NCBI GenBank assembly: GCA_963788585.1
Contig: CAWBHA010000006.1
Coordinates: forward strand, 175,824-239,823
DNA length: 64,000 nucleotides
Source: an uncultured Acidimicrobiaceae bacterium
GTDB lineage: Bacteria > Actinomycetota > Acidimicrobiia > Acidimicrobiales > RAAP-2
Direction of reading: 5' to 3'
The number at the start of each line of letters is the position of its first letter. Positions within the stretch are counted from its first letter, which is position 1. The notes below the pieces were generated by a model. It worked only from the letters and a program-made list of their open reading frames with translations. It was not told the origin of the DNA and ran no database searches. The position numbers and the translations under genes are program-made. Positions 1 to 9,405 of the stretch are shown one piece after another.

Positions 1-1503
1 CGACGCGTCCGAGCCCATGGAGCCGATCGGCTCCGCTCCCGTCCGGGCCATCGGGCCGACGATGACGCGCAACTCCTCGTTGGTGTAGCCGAAGAGGCGC
101 TGCTGCGAGACGACGCGTCCGTGTTGGGGCGTCAGCATCGTCCGGGCCGGCACGTCCTCGAGACGCACCTGGTCGGCGGCCAGCCACTCCCTATAAGGGT
201 GCTCGGCTGCCAGCTCGGCCTTGATCTCCTCGTCCTCGACCAGGCGGCCCTTGGACGTGTCGACCAGGAACATGCGGCCCGGCTGCAGGCGGCCCTTGCG
301 CACGACGCGCTCGGGCGCCACGTCGAGCACGCCCACCTCGCTCGCCAGCACGACGAGCCCATCGTCGGTGACCCAGTAGCGGGCCGGGCGCAGGCCGTTG
401 CGGTCCAGCACCGCCCCCACGAGCGTCCCGTCGGTGAAGCAGACCGCGGCGGGGCCGTCCCACGGCTCCATCAGCGAGGCGTGGTAGCGGTAGAAGGAGC
501 GCCGGTCTCGGTCCATCGTGGCGTGGTTCTCCCACGCCTCGGGGATCATCATGAGCACGGCGTGCGGCAACGAGCGTCCGCAGAGATGCAGCAGCTCGAG
601 CACCTCGTCGAAGCTGGCCGAGTCGCTCGCCTCCGGGGTGCAGATCGGGTATACCCGAGCGAGGTCCCCCGGGATGAACGGCGTCTCGAGGAGGGCCTCG
701 CGGGCCCGCATCCAGTTGCGGTTGCCGGCCAGCGTGTTGATCTCGCCGTTGTGGCACAGGTAGCGGTAGGGGTGGGCCAGGGGCCAGCTCGGGAAGGTGT
801 TGGTCGAGAAGCGCGAGTGCACGAGCACCAGCCCGGACTCGAAGGTGGGGTCGCGCAGGTCGGGGAAGAACTGGCGCAGCTGCTCCGAGGTGAGCATGCC
901 CTTGTACACCAGCGTCCGGGCCGACAGTGAGGGGAAGTACAGCCCGTCGACGGCGTGCTCGACCCGCTTGCGCAGGACGAAGGCGCGTCGCTCGAGTGCC
1001 ATGGTGTCCAGCCGCGTTCCCTCGAGTCCGTCGGGTCCCTCGGGTCCCTCGGGCGCCGGCGCCACGAAGAGCTGCTCGATCACCGGCATGGCGCCCCGCG
1101 CCGTCTTGCCGAGGCCCTCGGGCTCGGTCGGCACGGCGCGCCACCCGAGGACCGCCAGCCCTTCCTCGGCCGCCGTCTGCTCCACCACGGTGCGCGCTTT
1201 GGCGGCGTCGTCGGCGTCCGTGGGCAGGAAGGCCAAGCCGACCGCGTAGCCGCCGGCGTCGGGCAGGTTGAAGCCGGCCTCCCGGCAGGCGCCGAGGAGG
1301 AAGCGGTGCGGGACCTGGACGAGGATGCCGGCGCCGTCGCCGGTATCGACCTCCGCGCCCGAGGCGCCGCGGTGGGCCAGGCGCTCGAGAACGGTGAGAC
1401 CCCGGTCCACGATGTCGTGGTCGGGACGGCCGTACAGATCGGCCACCATGCCGACGCCACAGGCGTCGTGTTCGTATGCCGGGTCGTAGAGGCCAGTGGC
1501 CAT
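1..1503 (-). CDS. gltB: glutamate synthase large subunit, N-terminal amidotransferase part (partial, continues past window start)
   Basis: Minus frame is open from ATG at 1503 to base 1. Translation starts [23 protein letters not shown] and contains [17 protein letters not shown] and [14 protein letters not shown] (Ntn amidotransferase signature of GltB). The listed 191..1603 ORF is an Arg-rich shadow frame. Confidence 0.9.
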   Translation of the reverse strand, partial: MATGLYDPAYEHDACGVGMVADLYGRPDHDIVDRGLTVLERLAHRGASGAEVDTGDGAGILVQVPHRFLLGACREAGFNLPDAGGYAVGLAFLPTDADDAAKARTVVEQTAAEEGLAVLGWRAVPTEPEGLGKTARGAMPVIEQLFVAPAPEGPEGPDGLEGTRLDTMALERRAFVLRKRVEHAVDGLYFPSLSARTLVYKGMLTSEQLRQFFPDLRDPTFESGLVLVHSRFSTNTFPSWPLAHPYRYLCHNGEINTLAGNRNWMRAREALLETPFIPGDLARVYPICTPEASDSASFDEVLELLHLCGRSLPHAVLMMIPEAWENHATMDRDRRSFYRYHASLMEPWDGPAAVCFTDGTLVGAVLDRNGLRPARYWVTDDGLVVLASEVGVLDVAPERVVRKGRLQPGRMFLVDTSKGRLVEDEEIKAELAAEHPYREWLAADQVRLEDVPARTMLTPQHGRVVSQQRLFGYTNEELRVIVGPMARTGAEPIGSMGSDAS

Positions 1504-1603
1504 CGGCGTCCTTCCGGGTTGGGAAAGTTGGTCGGCTACCGGGACGACGTTGGCCCGAAGATGGAACGACCAGAATACACGACCTCCCTCGTAGGCTGGG
1601 CAC

Positions 1604-2749
1604 ATGCCGGCACCGTCACACGTGCACGTGGTGGGGGGTGGCGTCATAGGGCTCGCGTGCGCGTGGGAACTGTCACGCGACGGTCATCATGTGACGCTCG
1701 TGGCCCCGCGTCCCGGGCACGACGGCGCCTCGTGGGTTGCAGCCGGGATGCTGGCGCCGGTGACCGAGGCACAGTTCGGCGAGGCGGCACTCACGGCGCT
1801 GCTCCTCGAGGGCGCGGCCCTGTGGCCGGCCTTCGCGGCCGAGCTCGAGGCCGCCACGGGGCACACGATCGGCCACGACACGACGGGTACGGTGACCGTC
1901 GCCCTCGATGCGTCGGACCGCGCCGCCCTCGACGACCTCCTCGCCTACCAGCACGCGCTCGGCCTTCCCGCGGCACGGCGCAGCGCCAGCCAGTGCCGCC
2001 GCCTCGTGCCGGCGCTGAGCCCCGCCCTACGCGGCGGCATCGAGGTCCCCGGCGACCATCAGGTGGACAACCGCGCCCTCCTCGCCGCGCTCGTCGAGGC
2101 CTGCCGCCGCCACGGCGTCGACGTCGTCGCGGGGACCGTGGCCGCCATCGAGCCCGGGCCCGCGCTCGTCCTGACGGACGGCCGCCGCCTCGACACCGCC
2201 CACGTCGTCCTGGCCGCCGGCACCGGCCTCGCCGCCATCGCCGGCCTGGCGTACGCCGGGCTCCCCGTGGTGCGCCCGCTCAAGGGCCACATCCTCCGCC
2301 TGGGCCCGCCGCCCGGAGACGTCGCCGAGGGCAAGGCGCCGCCCCCGCCGCTGCTCGGGCGGACGGTGCGCGGCCTCGTGCGCGGGCGCGCGCTGTACCT
2401 GGTGCCGCGACGCGGCGACGGGTCGGTCGTGGTGGGGGCGACGGTCGAGGAGCGCGACGACATGGCCGTGCAGGCCGGCGCGGTGCACGAGCTGCTGTGC
2501 GACGCGCGGTCGATCGTGCCCGGCATCGACGAGCTCACGTTGCTCGAGGCGGCGTGCGGGCTGCGGCCGGCCACGCCCGACAACATGCCGCGCATCGGCT
2601 GGACCGCCCTCGACGGGGTCCTGGCCGCGACGGGCCACGCCCGCAACGGCATCCTCCTGGCGCCGCTCACCGCGGCGGCCGTGGCCAGCCTCCTGGCGCG
2701 GCGCCCCGTGGCGCCCCTCGTGCGAGCCCTCGCCCCCGCTCCCGCATGA
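1604..2749 (+). CDS. thiO: FAD-dependent glycine oxidase (thiazole synthesis)
   Basis: 381-aa ORF with N-terminal dinucleotide fold [16 protein letters not shown] and [14 protein letters not shown]. Its stop overlaps the thiS start (ATGA). Confidence 0.8.
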   Translation: MPAPSHVHVVGGGVIGLACAWELSRDGHHVTLVAPRPGHDGASWVAAGMLAPVTEAQFGEAALTALLLEGAALWPAFAAELEAATGHTIGHDTTGTVTVALDASDRAALDDLLAYQHALGLPAARRSASQCRRLVPALSPALRGGIEVPGDHQVDNRALLAALVEACRRHGVDVVAGTVAAIEPGPALVLTDGRRLDTAHVVLAAGTGLAAIAGLAYAGLPVVRPLKGHILRLGPPPGDVAEGKAPPPPLLGRTVRGLVRGRALYLVPRRGDGSVVVGATVEERDDMAVQAGAVHELLCDARSIVPGIDELTLLEAACGLRPATPDNMPRIGWTALDGVLAATGHARNGILLAPLTAAAVASLLARRPVAPLVRALAPAPA

Positions 2750-2961
2750 CGACGCTTGCCCTGCGCGTCAACGGGGAGCCGGTCGAGGTGGCGACGGGGG
2801 CCACCATCGCCGACCTCGTAGCCCAGCTGACCGAGGAGGACGACCCCAAGGGCGTCGCCGTGGCCGTGGACCGCTGTGTGGTGCCGCGCTCGGAGTGGGG
2901 CACCACCCTCGCCCGCGCCGGCTCCCTCGTCGAGGTGGTCAGCGCGACCGTGGGCGGCTGA
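2746..2961 (+). CDS. thiS: sulfur-carrier protein ThiS
   Basis: 71 aa from ATG 2746 inside the long shadow ORF 955..2961. It ends ...VVSATVGG, the C-terminal Gly-Gly of ThiS/MoaD beta-grasp carriers, and is translationally coupled to thiO. Confidence 0.8.
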   Translation: MTTLALRVNGEPVEVATGATIADLVAQLTEEDDPKGVAVAVDRCVVPRSEWGTTLARAGSLVEVVSATVGG

Positions 2962-3037
2962 GCGACGGCCGGGACACCGGAACAGCGGGACACCGGGACC
3001 TTTGTGCGCCGCCGCCGGGCGGTGCCAGACTCGATCG

Positions 3038-4690
3038 ATGGCCTCGATCCCCCCTGCCACCGGTCCCACCGCGTTCGTCCTGGCCGGGGGCGGCACCAAG
3101 GGGTCCTTCGAGGTGGGGGTGCTCCAGTACCTCGTCGGCGTCGAGGGCATCGTGCCCGACGTCATCACCGCCACCTCGGCCGGTGCCATCGCCGCCACCG
3201 TGCTCTCGCAGGCGCGCGGTCGCGACGAGTTCGCGGACCGCGTCGCCGAGCTCGAACGCGACGTCCTCGCCTGGACGCGTACGGACCAGATCTTCGGCAA
3301 GCAGCCGTGGCTCGGCGCCCTCGACGGCACCCGGCTCGGCCGCGAGATCCACCAGGAGCTGACCGAGGGGACCCGCCCGCCCTTCCCCCTCACCCCGAGC
3401 ACGGTGCTGGCTGGGAACGACGCGAACGCCGGGAGCGGGACCGTGCCCCCGTGCACCCCCGACCGGCGGGCGCGGCGCCAGTCCCGCAAGGCCCGGCGCA
3501 GGCGGCAACGCCACATCCTGCGGCTGCTCGCCGGTGCCGGGTTCCGCTTCCCCCGTGTGCGCCGGCAGCTGCGTTCGAGCGGGAGCTCGGTGCTCAACCT
3601 CGACCCGCTGGCCGACGCGCTGCGCCACGGCAGCGAGGACGGGGTACGGGCCATCGATCCCACCCTCGTGGCGCGGCCGGGGCTGCGGCTGCGTCTGGCC
3701 GTGACCGCGTTGCGGGCCGGCGTGCTGCGCTTCGTCACCGAGGACGGGATCATCGTGGAGGCCGACGGCCAGACCCCGGCGACGGGGCCGGCCGGGGGCC
3801 CGGTCGACCTCGTCGACGCCGTGATCGCCTCGGCCAGCGTGCCGATGGTCTTCCCGCCGCACTCCATGGCGGACGACGACTACGTCGACGGCGGCGTCGT
3901 CGAGATCGTGCCGGTCCGGGCCGCCAGCACGCTCGGCGCCACCCGGATCATCGCGGTGGTGGCGGTGCCGCTCGCGTTGCCCCGCGACGAGCGCGACTAC
4001 GCCGACGCCCCCGCCGGGTCCATCGGGCTCCGTTCCATGGCGATGATCGGCGTGGCGGAACGGCAGCTCTCGAACCTCAACGTGCACCTTCCCGACGGCA
4101 CGACGCTCACGACGATCGACCCGGTCGTCGACGTGGTCGGCCTCTTTGAGATCGAGCCGGGCCTCCTGCGCATCAACAAGGACTACGGCTGGCTCCGGGC
4201 GGCCGACCTCCTGGCCGGGACCGGCACCGGGGCCGGGGGCGACGCCGACGGCGACATCCGGGCCGACCTCGCGGAGGGGACCCACGCCATCGTCGAGGCG
4301 CGCCGCCAGGCGTGGCGCCTCGAGGAGACGTTGTGGCGGGCCAAGTCGGCCGGCACGACCGACGCCGGGTCGCTCGCGCTGGTGCGCGAGCAGAAGGAAC
4401 GCATCCGCGACCTCGTCGACCGTCGCAAACAGCTCGGCTTCCCCATCCCGGAGGGATGTGCCGACTGGTGGAGCGAGTACGAGGTGCACACGGCCGAGCG
4501 ACCGCCCTGGCTTCCCGAGCGCGCCCTCGACCGCCACCGGGCCGGCCCGTCGCGTCCGCCCCTTCGCTCCCCGCGAGAGCTAGACCGTCGGTCCCCCCAG
4601 CCAGCCGCGCTTGCGGAAGAGCCAGACGAGCACCACGACGGTCACGAGCTCGACGCCGATGGCGAGCACGTAGAAGCTCCACGTCGATGA
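3038..4690 (+). CDS. patatin-like phospholipase family protein
   Basis: From ATG 3038 within ORF 2876..4690. Motifs: FVLAGGGTKGSFEVGVL (GGGxxG oxyanion loop), TATSAGA (GxSxG-like elbow), DDYVDGGVVEIVP (catalytic Asp-Gly). The last ~110 nt overlap the convergent corA 3' end, so the true stop is uncertain. Confidence 0.75.
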   Translation: MASIPPATGPTAFVLAGGGTKGSFEVGVLQYLVGVEGIVPDVITATSAGAIAATVLSQARGRDEFADRVAELERDVLAWTRTDQIFGKQPWLGALDGTRLGREIHQELTEGTRPPFPLTPSTVLAGNDANAGSGTVPPCTPDRRARRQSRKARRRRQRHILRLLAGAGFRFPRVRRQLRSSGSSVLNLDPLADALRHGSEDGVRAIDPTLVARPGLRLRLAVTALRAGVLRFVTEDGIIVEADGQTPATGPAGGPVDLVDAVIASASVPMVFPPHSMADDDYVDGGVVEIVPVRAASTLGATRIIAVVAVPLALPRDERDYADAPAGSIGLRSMAMIGVAERQLSNLNVHLPDGTTLTTIDPVVDVVGLFEIEPGLLRINKDYGWLRAADLLAGTGTGAGGDADGDIRADLAEGTHAIVEARRQAWRLEETLWRAKSAGTTDAGSLALVREQKERIRDLVDRRKQLGFPIPEGCADWWSEYEVHTAERPPWLPERALDRHRAGPSRPPLRSPRELDRRSPQPAALAEEPDEHHDGHELDADGEHVEAPRR

Positions 4691-5566
4691 GATCCGCTGC
4701 ACCAGGTAGGAGAAGTTCTGCCCGAAGAAGCCGGTCAGGAAGCTCAGCGGCAGGAAGATGGTGGCGATGATGGTCAGCTGCTTCATCACCTCGTTGAGCC
4801 GGTTGGAGACGGTGGAGAGGTGGGTGTCCATCGCGCTCGAGAGCAGGTCGCGATAGTTGTCGATGAGATCGGCCAGCCGGATGAGGTGGTCGTAGAGGTC
4901 GCGGAAGTAGCGGGTCGCCTCGTCGGTCATCCCCGGGATGTCGGTCACCCCGGTCGAGATGCTGGCCATCATGTCCCGCTGCGGCGCCACGAGCCGCCGC
5001 ATCTCCATGAGGGACCGCTTCATGTCGAAGAGCTCGCCCAGCTGTGCCTCGGTCGGCTGCTTCAGGATCTGGTCCTCCAGCGTGTCGATGCGGTCGTCGA
5101 ACTCGGAGAGGACGGGGAAGAAGCTGTCCACCAGCGCACTCAGGACCAGGTACACGATCACGATCTGGGGTGTGGCGACCTCGCGCACCTCCGGCCGGCG
5201 CTCGAGCCGCTCGTGCACGTTGGCCACGTCCTTGCAGTGGCCCCGGTGCAACGTCACGACGTAGCGGTCCGTCCAGAAGCAGTGCACCTCGGCGTCGCCG
5301 GTGTGCTTCGGATCGGCGCCGCGTGCCACGAGGAAGACGAAGGTGTCGTAGTCGTCGACGCGCGGTCGCTGGTTGAAACGCTCCGACGCCTGCACGGCCA
5401 GCGGGTGGAACCCGAAGTTCGTGCGCAGCAGTTCGGACACGTCGCTGTCCTTGGCCGAGACGTCGAGGTCGAGCCAGAAGAAGCCGGTGCCGGCCAGCGC
5501 GGCGAGCGCGTTCTCCTTGGTGGCGGGGGTGTCGTGGCCGTCCTGGCGCAGGGTCCCCTTCAGCAC
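4580..5566 (-). CDS. corA: CorA-family divalent cation transporter (GQN variant of the GMN motif)
   Basis: C-terminal part of ORF 4580..6850. A GTG at 5566 is preceded by GGGGAGA. The cytoplasmic domain is followed by two C-terminal TM helices with FLPLSFLTGFFGQNFSYL. Confidence 0.8.
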   Translation of the reverse strand: MLKGTLRQDGHDTPATKENALAALAGTGFFWLDLDVSAKDSDVSELLRTNFGFHPLAVQASERFNQRPRVDDYDTFVFLVARGADPKHTGDAEVHCFWTDRYVVTLHRGHCKDVANVHERLERRPEVREVATPQIVIVYLVLSALVDSFFPVLSEFDDRIDTLEDQILKQPTEAQLGELFDMKRSLMEMRRLVAPQRDMMASISTGVTDIPGMTDEATRYFRDLYDHLIRLADLIDNYRDLLSSAMDTHLSTVSNRLNEVMKQLTIIATIFLPLSFLTGFFGQNFSYLVQRISSTWSFYVLAIGVELVTVVVLVWLFRKRGWLGGPTV

Positions 5567-5643
5567 GCGCCCAGTCTCCCCGCCCGCCCGCGGGACGCGG
5601 TGGACCCGGAGTGCCGCCGCCGTCAGCCGCCAGCCAGCAGCCG

Positions 5644-6852
5644 TCAGCCGAAGCGCGCCGGGGCGAAGCCCGGCGGCAGCGGGACCTCGTCGGCCGGCAG
5701 CGGGACCCCCGCCATGGTGTGGGCGAGTACCCGGGCCGAGTACGGCCCCTGCAGCAGCCCGTTGGCGCCGTGGCCGGTGGCCACCCACGCGTTCACCCAA
5801 CCCGGCAGGGCGCCAACCAGCGCCCGGTCGTCGGCCGACGTCGGACGGAGGCCGACGCGGGTCTCGAGATAGGTGGCGCCATCGAGCCCCGGCGCCACCG
5901 AGAGGCACTCGCGCAGGAGCTCGTGCAGGCCGGCCACCGTGACGCGGACCGAGTAGCCCGCGCCGGTCTCGAAGGTGCCCCCGCAGGCCACTCTGCCCCC
6001 GGGCCAGGGCACGAGATAGTGGGTGAGCAGCGGCTGAGCGATGGGCCAGCTCACCGTCTCGGCCTCGACCCCGAGATGCACGATCTGCCCCTTCGTCGGC
6101 CCGACCGGCAGCGTCCGGCCGAGCCACTCCCCCATGGCCGCCGTCCAGGCGCCTCCCGCCACGACCAGCGCGTCGCAGGCGACGTTGCGGTGGCCCTCGA
6201 CGGCCACGGCGTCGATCCGGCGACCCCCCGATGCGCCGCTGCCGGCCACCACGCCGTGCACCGCACCGGCGACGAACGTCACGCCCCGCGCCGCCGCGCC
6301 CTCGCGCAGGACCGCCGCCATGCCCCGTCCGTCCACGCGCGCCGACCCGGGCGCGTGGAGCGCACGGTGCACCGGGCCGAGCGGCGGGAACAGCGCCCCG
6401 GCCTCTTCCGGCGTGATCTCCGTGACGTCGCCCGGTGAACGCCGCAGCGCCATGTCCGCGAACGGGGCGAACCAGGTGTCCTCGTTGGCCCGCAGGCCCA
6501 GCGAGAGGATGCCGCACGCCCCGTAGCCCGACGTCTCGATCGCCGCGCCGTCGACGGCCAGCCGCGCCAGCACCGCCGGGTAGTGCAGGCCGGCCTGGTG
6601 CAGGAACGGCCACATGGCCGGGTCGGTGTCGACGCTGGTGGCGGGCGAGAGGATCCCGGCGCCGGCGTCGGTGGCCCGGCCCGGGTGCGAGGCGTCGACG
6701 AGAGTCACCCTGGCCCCCAGGCAGGCCAGCTCGTAGGCCAGGGCGAGGCCGACCAGGCCGGCGCCGACCACGGCGACGTCGCCTCGCGGTGCTGCGTTCA
6801 CGGTCCCGCAGTCCACCAGGCCCGGCGCCGTCGTGCCAGCGGTGGGCCACAC
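5644..6852 (-). CDS. FAD-dependent oxidoreductase (DAO family)
   Basis: 402-aa ORF with DVAVVGAGLVGLALAYELACLGARVTLVD Rossmann motif. An alternative GTG start at 6801 (VNAAPRGDVAVVGAG) is more likely, given the divergent gene starting at 6861. Confidence 0.75.
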   Translation of the reverse strand: MWPTAGTTAPGLVDCGTVNAAPRGDVAVVGAGLVGLALAYELACLGARVTLVDASHPGRATDAGAGILSPATSVDTDPAMWPFLHQAGLHYPAVLARLAVDGAAIETSGYGACGILSLGLRANEDTWFAPFADMALRRSPGDVTEITPEEAGALFPPLGPVHRALHAPGSARVDGRGMAAVLREGAAARGVTFVAGAVHGVVAGSGASGGRRIDAVAVEGHRNVACDALVVAGGAWTAAMGEWLGRTLPVGPTKGQIVHLGVEAETVSWPIAQPLLTHYLVPWPGGRVACGGTFETGAGYSVRVTVAGLHELLRECLSVAPGLDGATYLETRVGLRPTSADDRALVGALPGWVNAWVATGHGANGLLQGPYSARVLAHTMAGVPLPADEVPLPPGFAPARFG

Positions 6853-6860
6853 TGAGTGCC

Positions 6861-7820
6861 GTGCAGCTGGTCCGGACGCCCGAGGAGCGCTTCGCTGACC
6901 TGCCGGGCTGCGCCTTCGCGCCGCACTACGTCACCGTGGCCGGAGGGGTGCGCATGCACTACCTGGACGAGGGCCCGGCCGGCGCCGAGACCGTCCTGCT
7001 CCTGCACGGGCAGCCCACCTGGTCCTACCTCTACCGCACGGTCGTGGCCCGGCTCGCCGCCCGCGGCCTGCGCGCCGTCGCCCCCGACCTGGTTGGCTTC
7101 GGCCGCTCCGACAAGCCGCTGGCCCGGAGCGCGCACTCGGTGCGGGCCCACGTCGACTGGATCGAGCAGTTCGCCGACGCCGCCGGGCTGGCCGGCGTCA
7201 CCCTCGTCGCCCAGGACTGGGGCGGCCCTCTCGGCCTCGCGCTGCTCGACAGGCGACCGGGGCTCGTGCGCCGCGTCGTGGCGGCCAACACGGCCCTGCA
7301 CACGGCCGACGCGTCGTTGGCCGGGCGCCTGACCTGGCCGTGCCACGCCGCCGACGACGGGACCGTCACGGTGGCGCAGGCACTGCTCGACTACCAGCGC
7401 CTCACCCAGGAGCTCACGCCCTTGCGGCCGAGTCTCTTCGTCCAGGGGGCGGCCGCGTCGGCGGTGGCGGACGACGTCCTGGCGGCCTACGACGCACCGT
7501 TCCCCGACGAGGCCTACTGCGCCGGGCCCCGCCAGCTGCCCCTGCTGATGGGCCTGACGCCATCGAGCGCGTGCGCCCGCCAGAACCGCCGCACGCTCGA
7601 TGCCCTGGCGCGCTTCGACGGCCCCTTCCTCACGGCGTTCTCCGACGGCGACCCGGCGACGCGGGGCTGGGCCGAGGTGCTGGCGGCGTCCGTGCACGCC
7701 GGCGACGCACGCGACCAGGTGACGATCGCCGGCGCGGGCCACTTCTTGCAGGAGGACCGCGGCGCCGAGCTGGCCGACGTGGTGGCGGCCTTCGTGGCGG
7801 GGACGCCCCCCGCCTCCTGA
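6861..7820 (+). CDS. haloalkane dehalogenase-like alpha/beta hydrolase
   Basis: GTG 6861 in frame with ORF 6435..7820. Motifs: TPEERFADLPGCAFAPHYV, LLLHGQPTWSYLYR, VAQDWGGPLGL (nucleophile Asp), GAGHFLQED. Confidence 0.75.
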   Translation: MQLVRTPEERFADLPGCAFAPHYVTVAGGVRMHYLDEGPAGAETVLLLHGQPTWSYLYRTVVARLAARGLRAVAPDLVGFGRSDKPLARSAHSVRAHVDWIEQFADAAGLAGVTLVAQDWGGPLGLALLDRRPGLVRRVVAANTALHTADASLAGRLTWPCHAADDGTVTVAQALLDYQRLTQELTPLRPSLFVQGAAASAVADDVLAAYDAPFPDEAYCAGPRQLPLLMGLTPSSACARQNRRTLDALARFDGPFLTAFSDGDPATRGWAEVLAASVHAGDARDQVTIAGAGHFLQEDRGAELADVVAAFVAGTPPAS

Positions 7821-7827
7821 CGACCGG

Positions 7828-8619
7828 TTACGAGGCCGGCGCCGACTCCTCGGGTGCCTCGGCCGGGGCGTCGGCGGACGCATCGGCCGGTGCCGCCGTC
7901 AGCGCGTCGGGCTCGGGCGCGCCGGTGCCGACCTGCGCCTTGAGCGCGGCCAGCTCGTTGTCGACCTGCGCATCGGTGCCGACCTGATCGAGCTCCTTCT
8001 GGATGTCGTCGGTGCCGCCGCCCACGTCCTCGAGGACGCCCGACTCGAGCAGCTCGTCGAGTGCGCCCGAACGGGCCTGCATCGTGGCGATCTTGTCCTG
8101 CGCCCGCTGGAGGGAAGCCCCCGAGTCGTTGAAGGACTTCGAGATGCCGGCCGCGCTCTCGTCGACCGTGGAGATCGCCTTGGCGGCCGTGTACTGCGCC
8201 TTGAGCGTCTCCTTTTGGGTACGGAAGTCGTTGACCCTCTTCTGCAGCGCGTCGAGCGTCGTGGTGAGCTTCTTCTCCTCCTCGTCGAGCTGCTGGCGCT
8301 GCGGCTCCATCTCGTCGATCTGCTGCTGGGCGGCCGCCTTGCGTGACAGCGCCTCCTTCGCCAGGTCCTCCCGGTTGGCCTGCAGCGACTGCTTGGCCTG
8401 GTCCTGGAGGTGGTCGATGGTGTGCTGGAATTGCTCCTCCTGCAGCTCGAGCCGCTTGCGGGAGGCCGCGAGGTCGACCAGGGCCCGGCGCACCTGTGTG
8501 ATCTGCTCGAGCATCTTCTCGTAGGAGAGGTCGAGCATCTCGTCGGGCTTCTCGGCGGCGTCGAGCGCCTTGTTGGTCTTCGCCTGCACGATGTCGTGTG
8601 CCCGCTGGAAGATGCCCAT
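7828..8619 (-). CDS. pspA: PspA/IM30 family membrane-stress protein
   Basis: ATG 8619 preceded by GGAGG. Starts MGIFQRAHDIVQAKTNKALDAAEKPDEMLDLSYEKMLEQ, followed by long coiled-coil heptads and an acidic/Ala-Pro tail. Confidence 0.85.
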   Translation of the reverse strand: MGIFQRAHDIVQAKTNKALDAAEKPDEMLDLSYEKMLEQITQVRRALVDLAASRKRLELQEEQFQHTIDHLQDQAKQSLQANREDLAKEALSRKAAAQQQIDEMEPQRQQLDEEEKKLTTTLDALQKRVNDFRTQKETLKAQYTAAKAISTVDESAAGISKSFNDSGASLQRAQDKIATMQARSGALDELLESGVLEDVGGGTDDIQKELDQVGTDAQVDNELAALKAQVGTGAPEPDALTAAPADASADAPAEAPEESAPAS

Positions 8620-9046
8620 GTCTGCCTCCGTGAGGGGAAAGTCGTCGGCTCTACCATAGAGTCCGTTCGCTCGGTCCGGGGCGCCACGGCCCCGGGACTC
8701 GGGAGCCCGAATCGTTCTGGGTGCCGCCGAGCGTGGTGACCCTTGCCCATCCCGATCACGACCCGGGCCCGCGGCCGTTCGGCGCGGCGACCGCCGAAGG
8801 CTCAGGCGAGGCACGCGGTGCCGATGCGCCGGAGGCGACGGTCTCGCCGGAGGAGTACGCCGCGTCTGGAGCACCGATTCGTCGGCCGATTGGGGCGATG
8901 CCAAGGGGCGCCCGCGCGGCACCGCGGTGACGGCGTCCCGCCCAGCCGGCACGGGGGCCGAACGCAAGAACTGTTGTGCGGCCGTTGTGTGCCTTGGGTT
9001 CGAACGGCCCTACAGCCGCGTTCGTGGCGGGCGCAGCATGCCAGTT

Positions 9047-9299
9047 GGAGGGCGCGGTGTGCGGGGGGATCCGTCACCGCGCTCTCCGACCGTACCGGCC
9101 GGCGCGCCGCGAGATCCATCGGAACCGCGCGCGGCGGCAACGTGTGCGCTGGGCGCATCACCGACGCGACCGTTGTGACGCCGTTGTCGAGGTTTGGGGC
9201 CGAAGGGCACTACAGCACCCAGCATCGGTCCGTCAGCATGTGTACGTCGAGGGGCGCGGTGACCGCGGGGAGTGCTCGGGAGCACAGTCACCGCGCCCC
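9047..9299. repeat. two long GC-rich hairpins sharing the arm motif GCGCGGTG / CACCGCGC in an ORF-free gap
   Basis: Hairpin 1 at 9047-9087 (13 bp including one G-U). Hairpin 2 at 9251-9299 (13-bp outer stem GGGGCGCGGTGAC/GTCACCGCGCCCC plus inner GTGCT/AGCAC). A related 10-bp palindrome CACCGCGGTG lies at 8920-8929. Confidence 0.4.
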
Positions 9300-9405
9300 C
9301 TTCACGCGCCTGGGGCCCCGCGTGGCTTGCGCGCACCTCTTGTCGAGCGAAGTCGGGCCCGTCCCTTTCGCCGTCGGGGCAGCGTCGGTGCGCTCGAGCA
9401 GCGAC

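Noticed and set aside
191-1603. 470-aa minus-strand ORF, and similar very long ORFs: 955..2961(+), 2059..3867(-), 8743..10647(+), 41968..43971(+), 57402..59738(+), 61074..63479(+).
   Set aside because: Their translations are dominated by Arg/Pro/Gly/Ala runs with no motifs, and they lie antisense or out of frame to genes with clear family signatures. These are typical shadow ORFs of high-GC DNA.
1504-1603. Possible TPP riboswitch upstream of thiO.
   Set aside because: The 100-nt leader lacks the conserved CUGAGA and ACCUGAUCUGGAUAAUGCCAGC-like elements. Only a covariance-model scan could rule it out fully.
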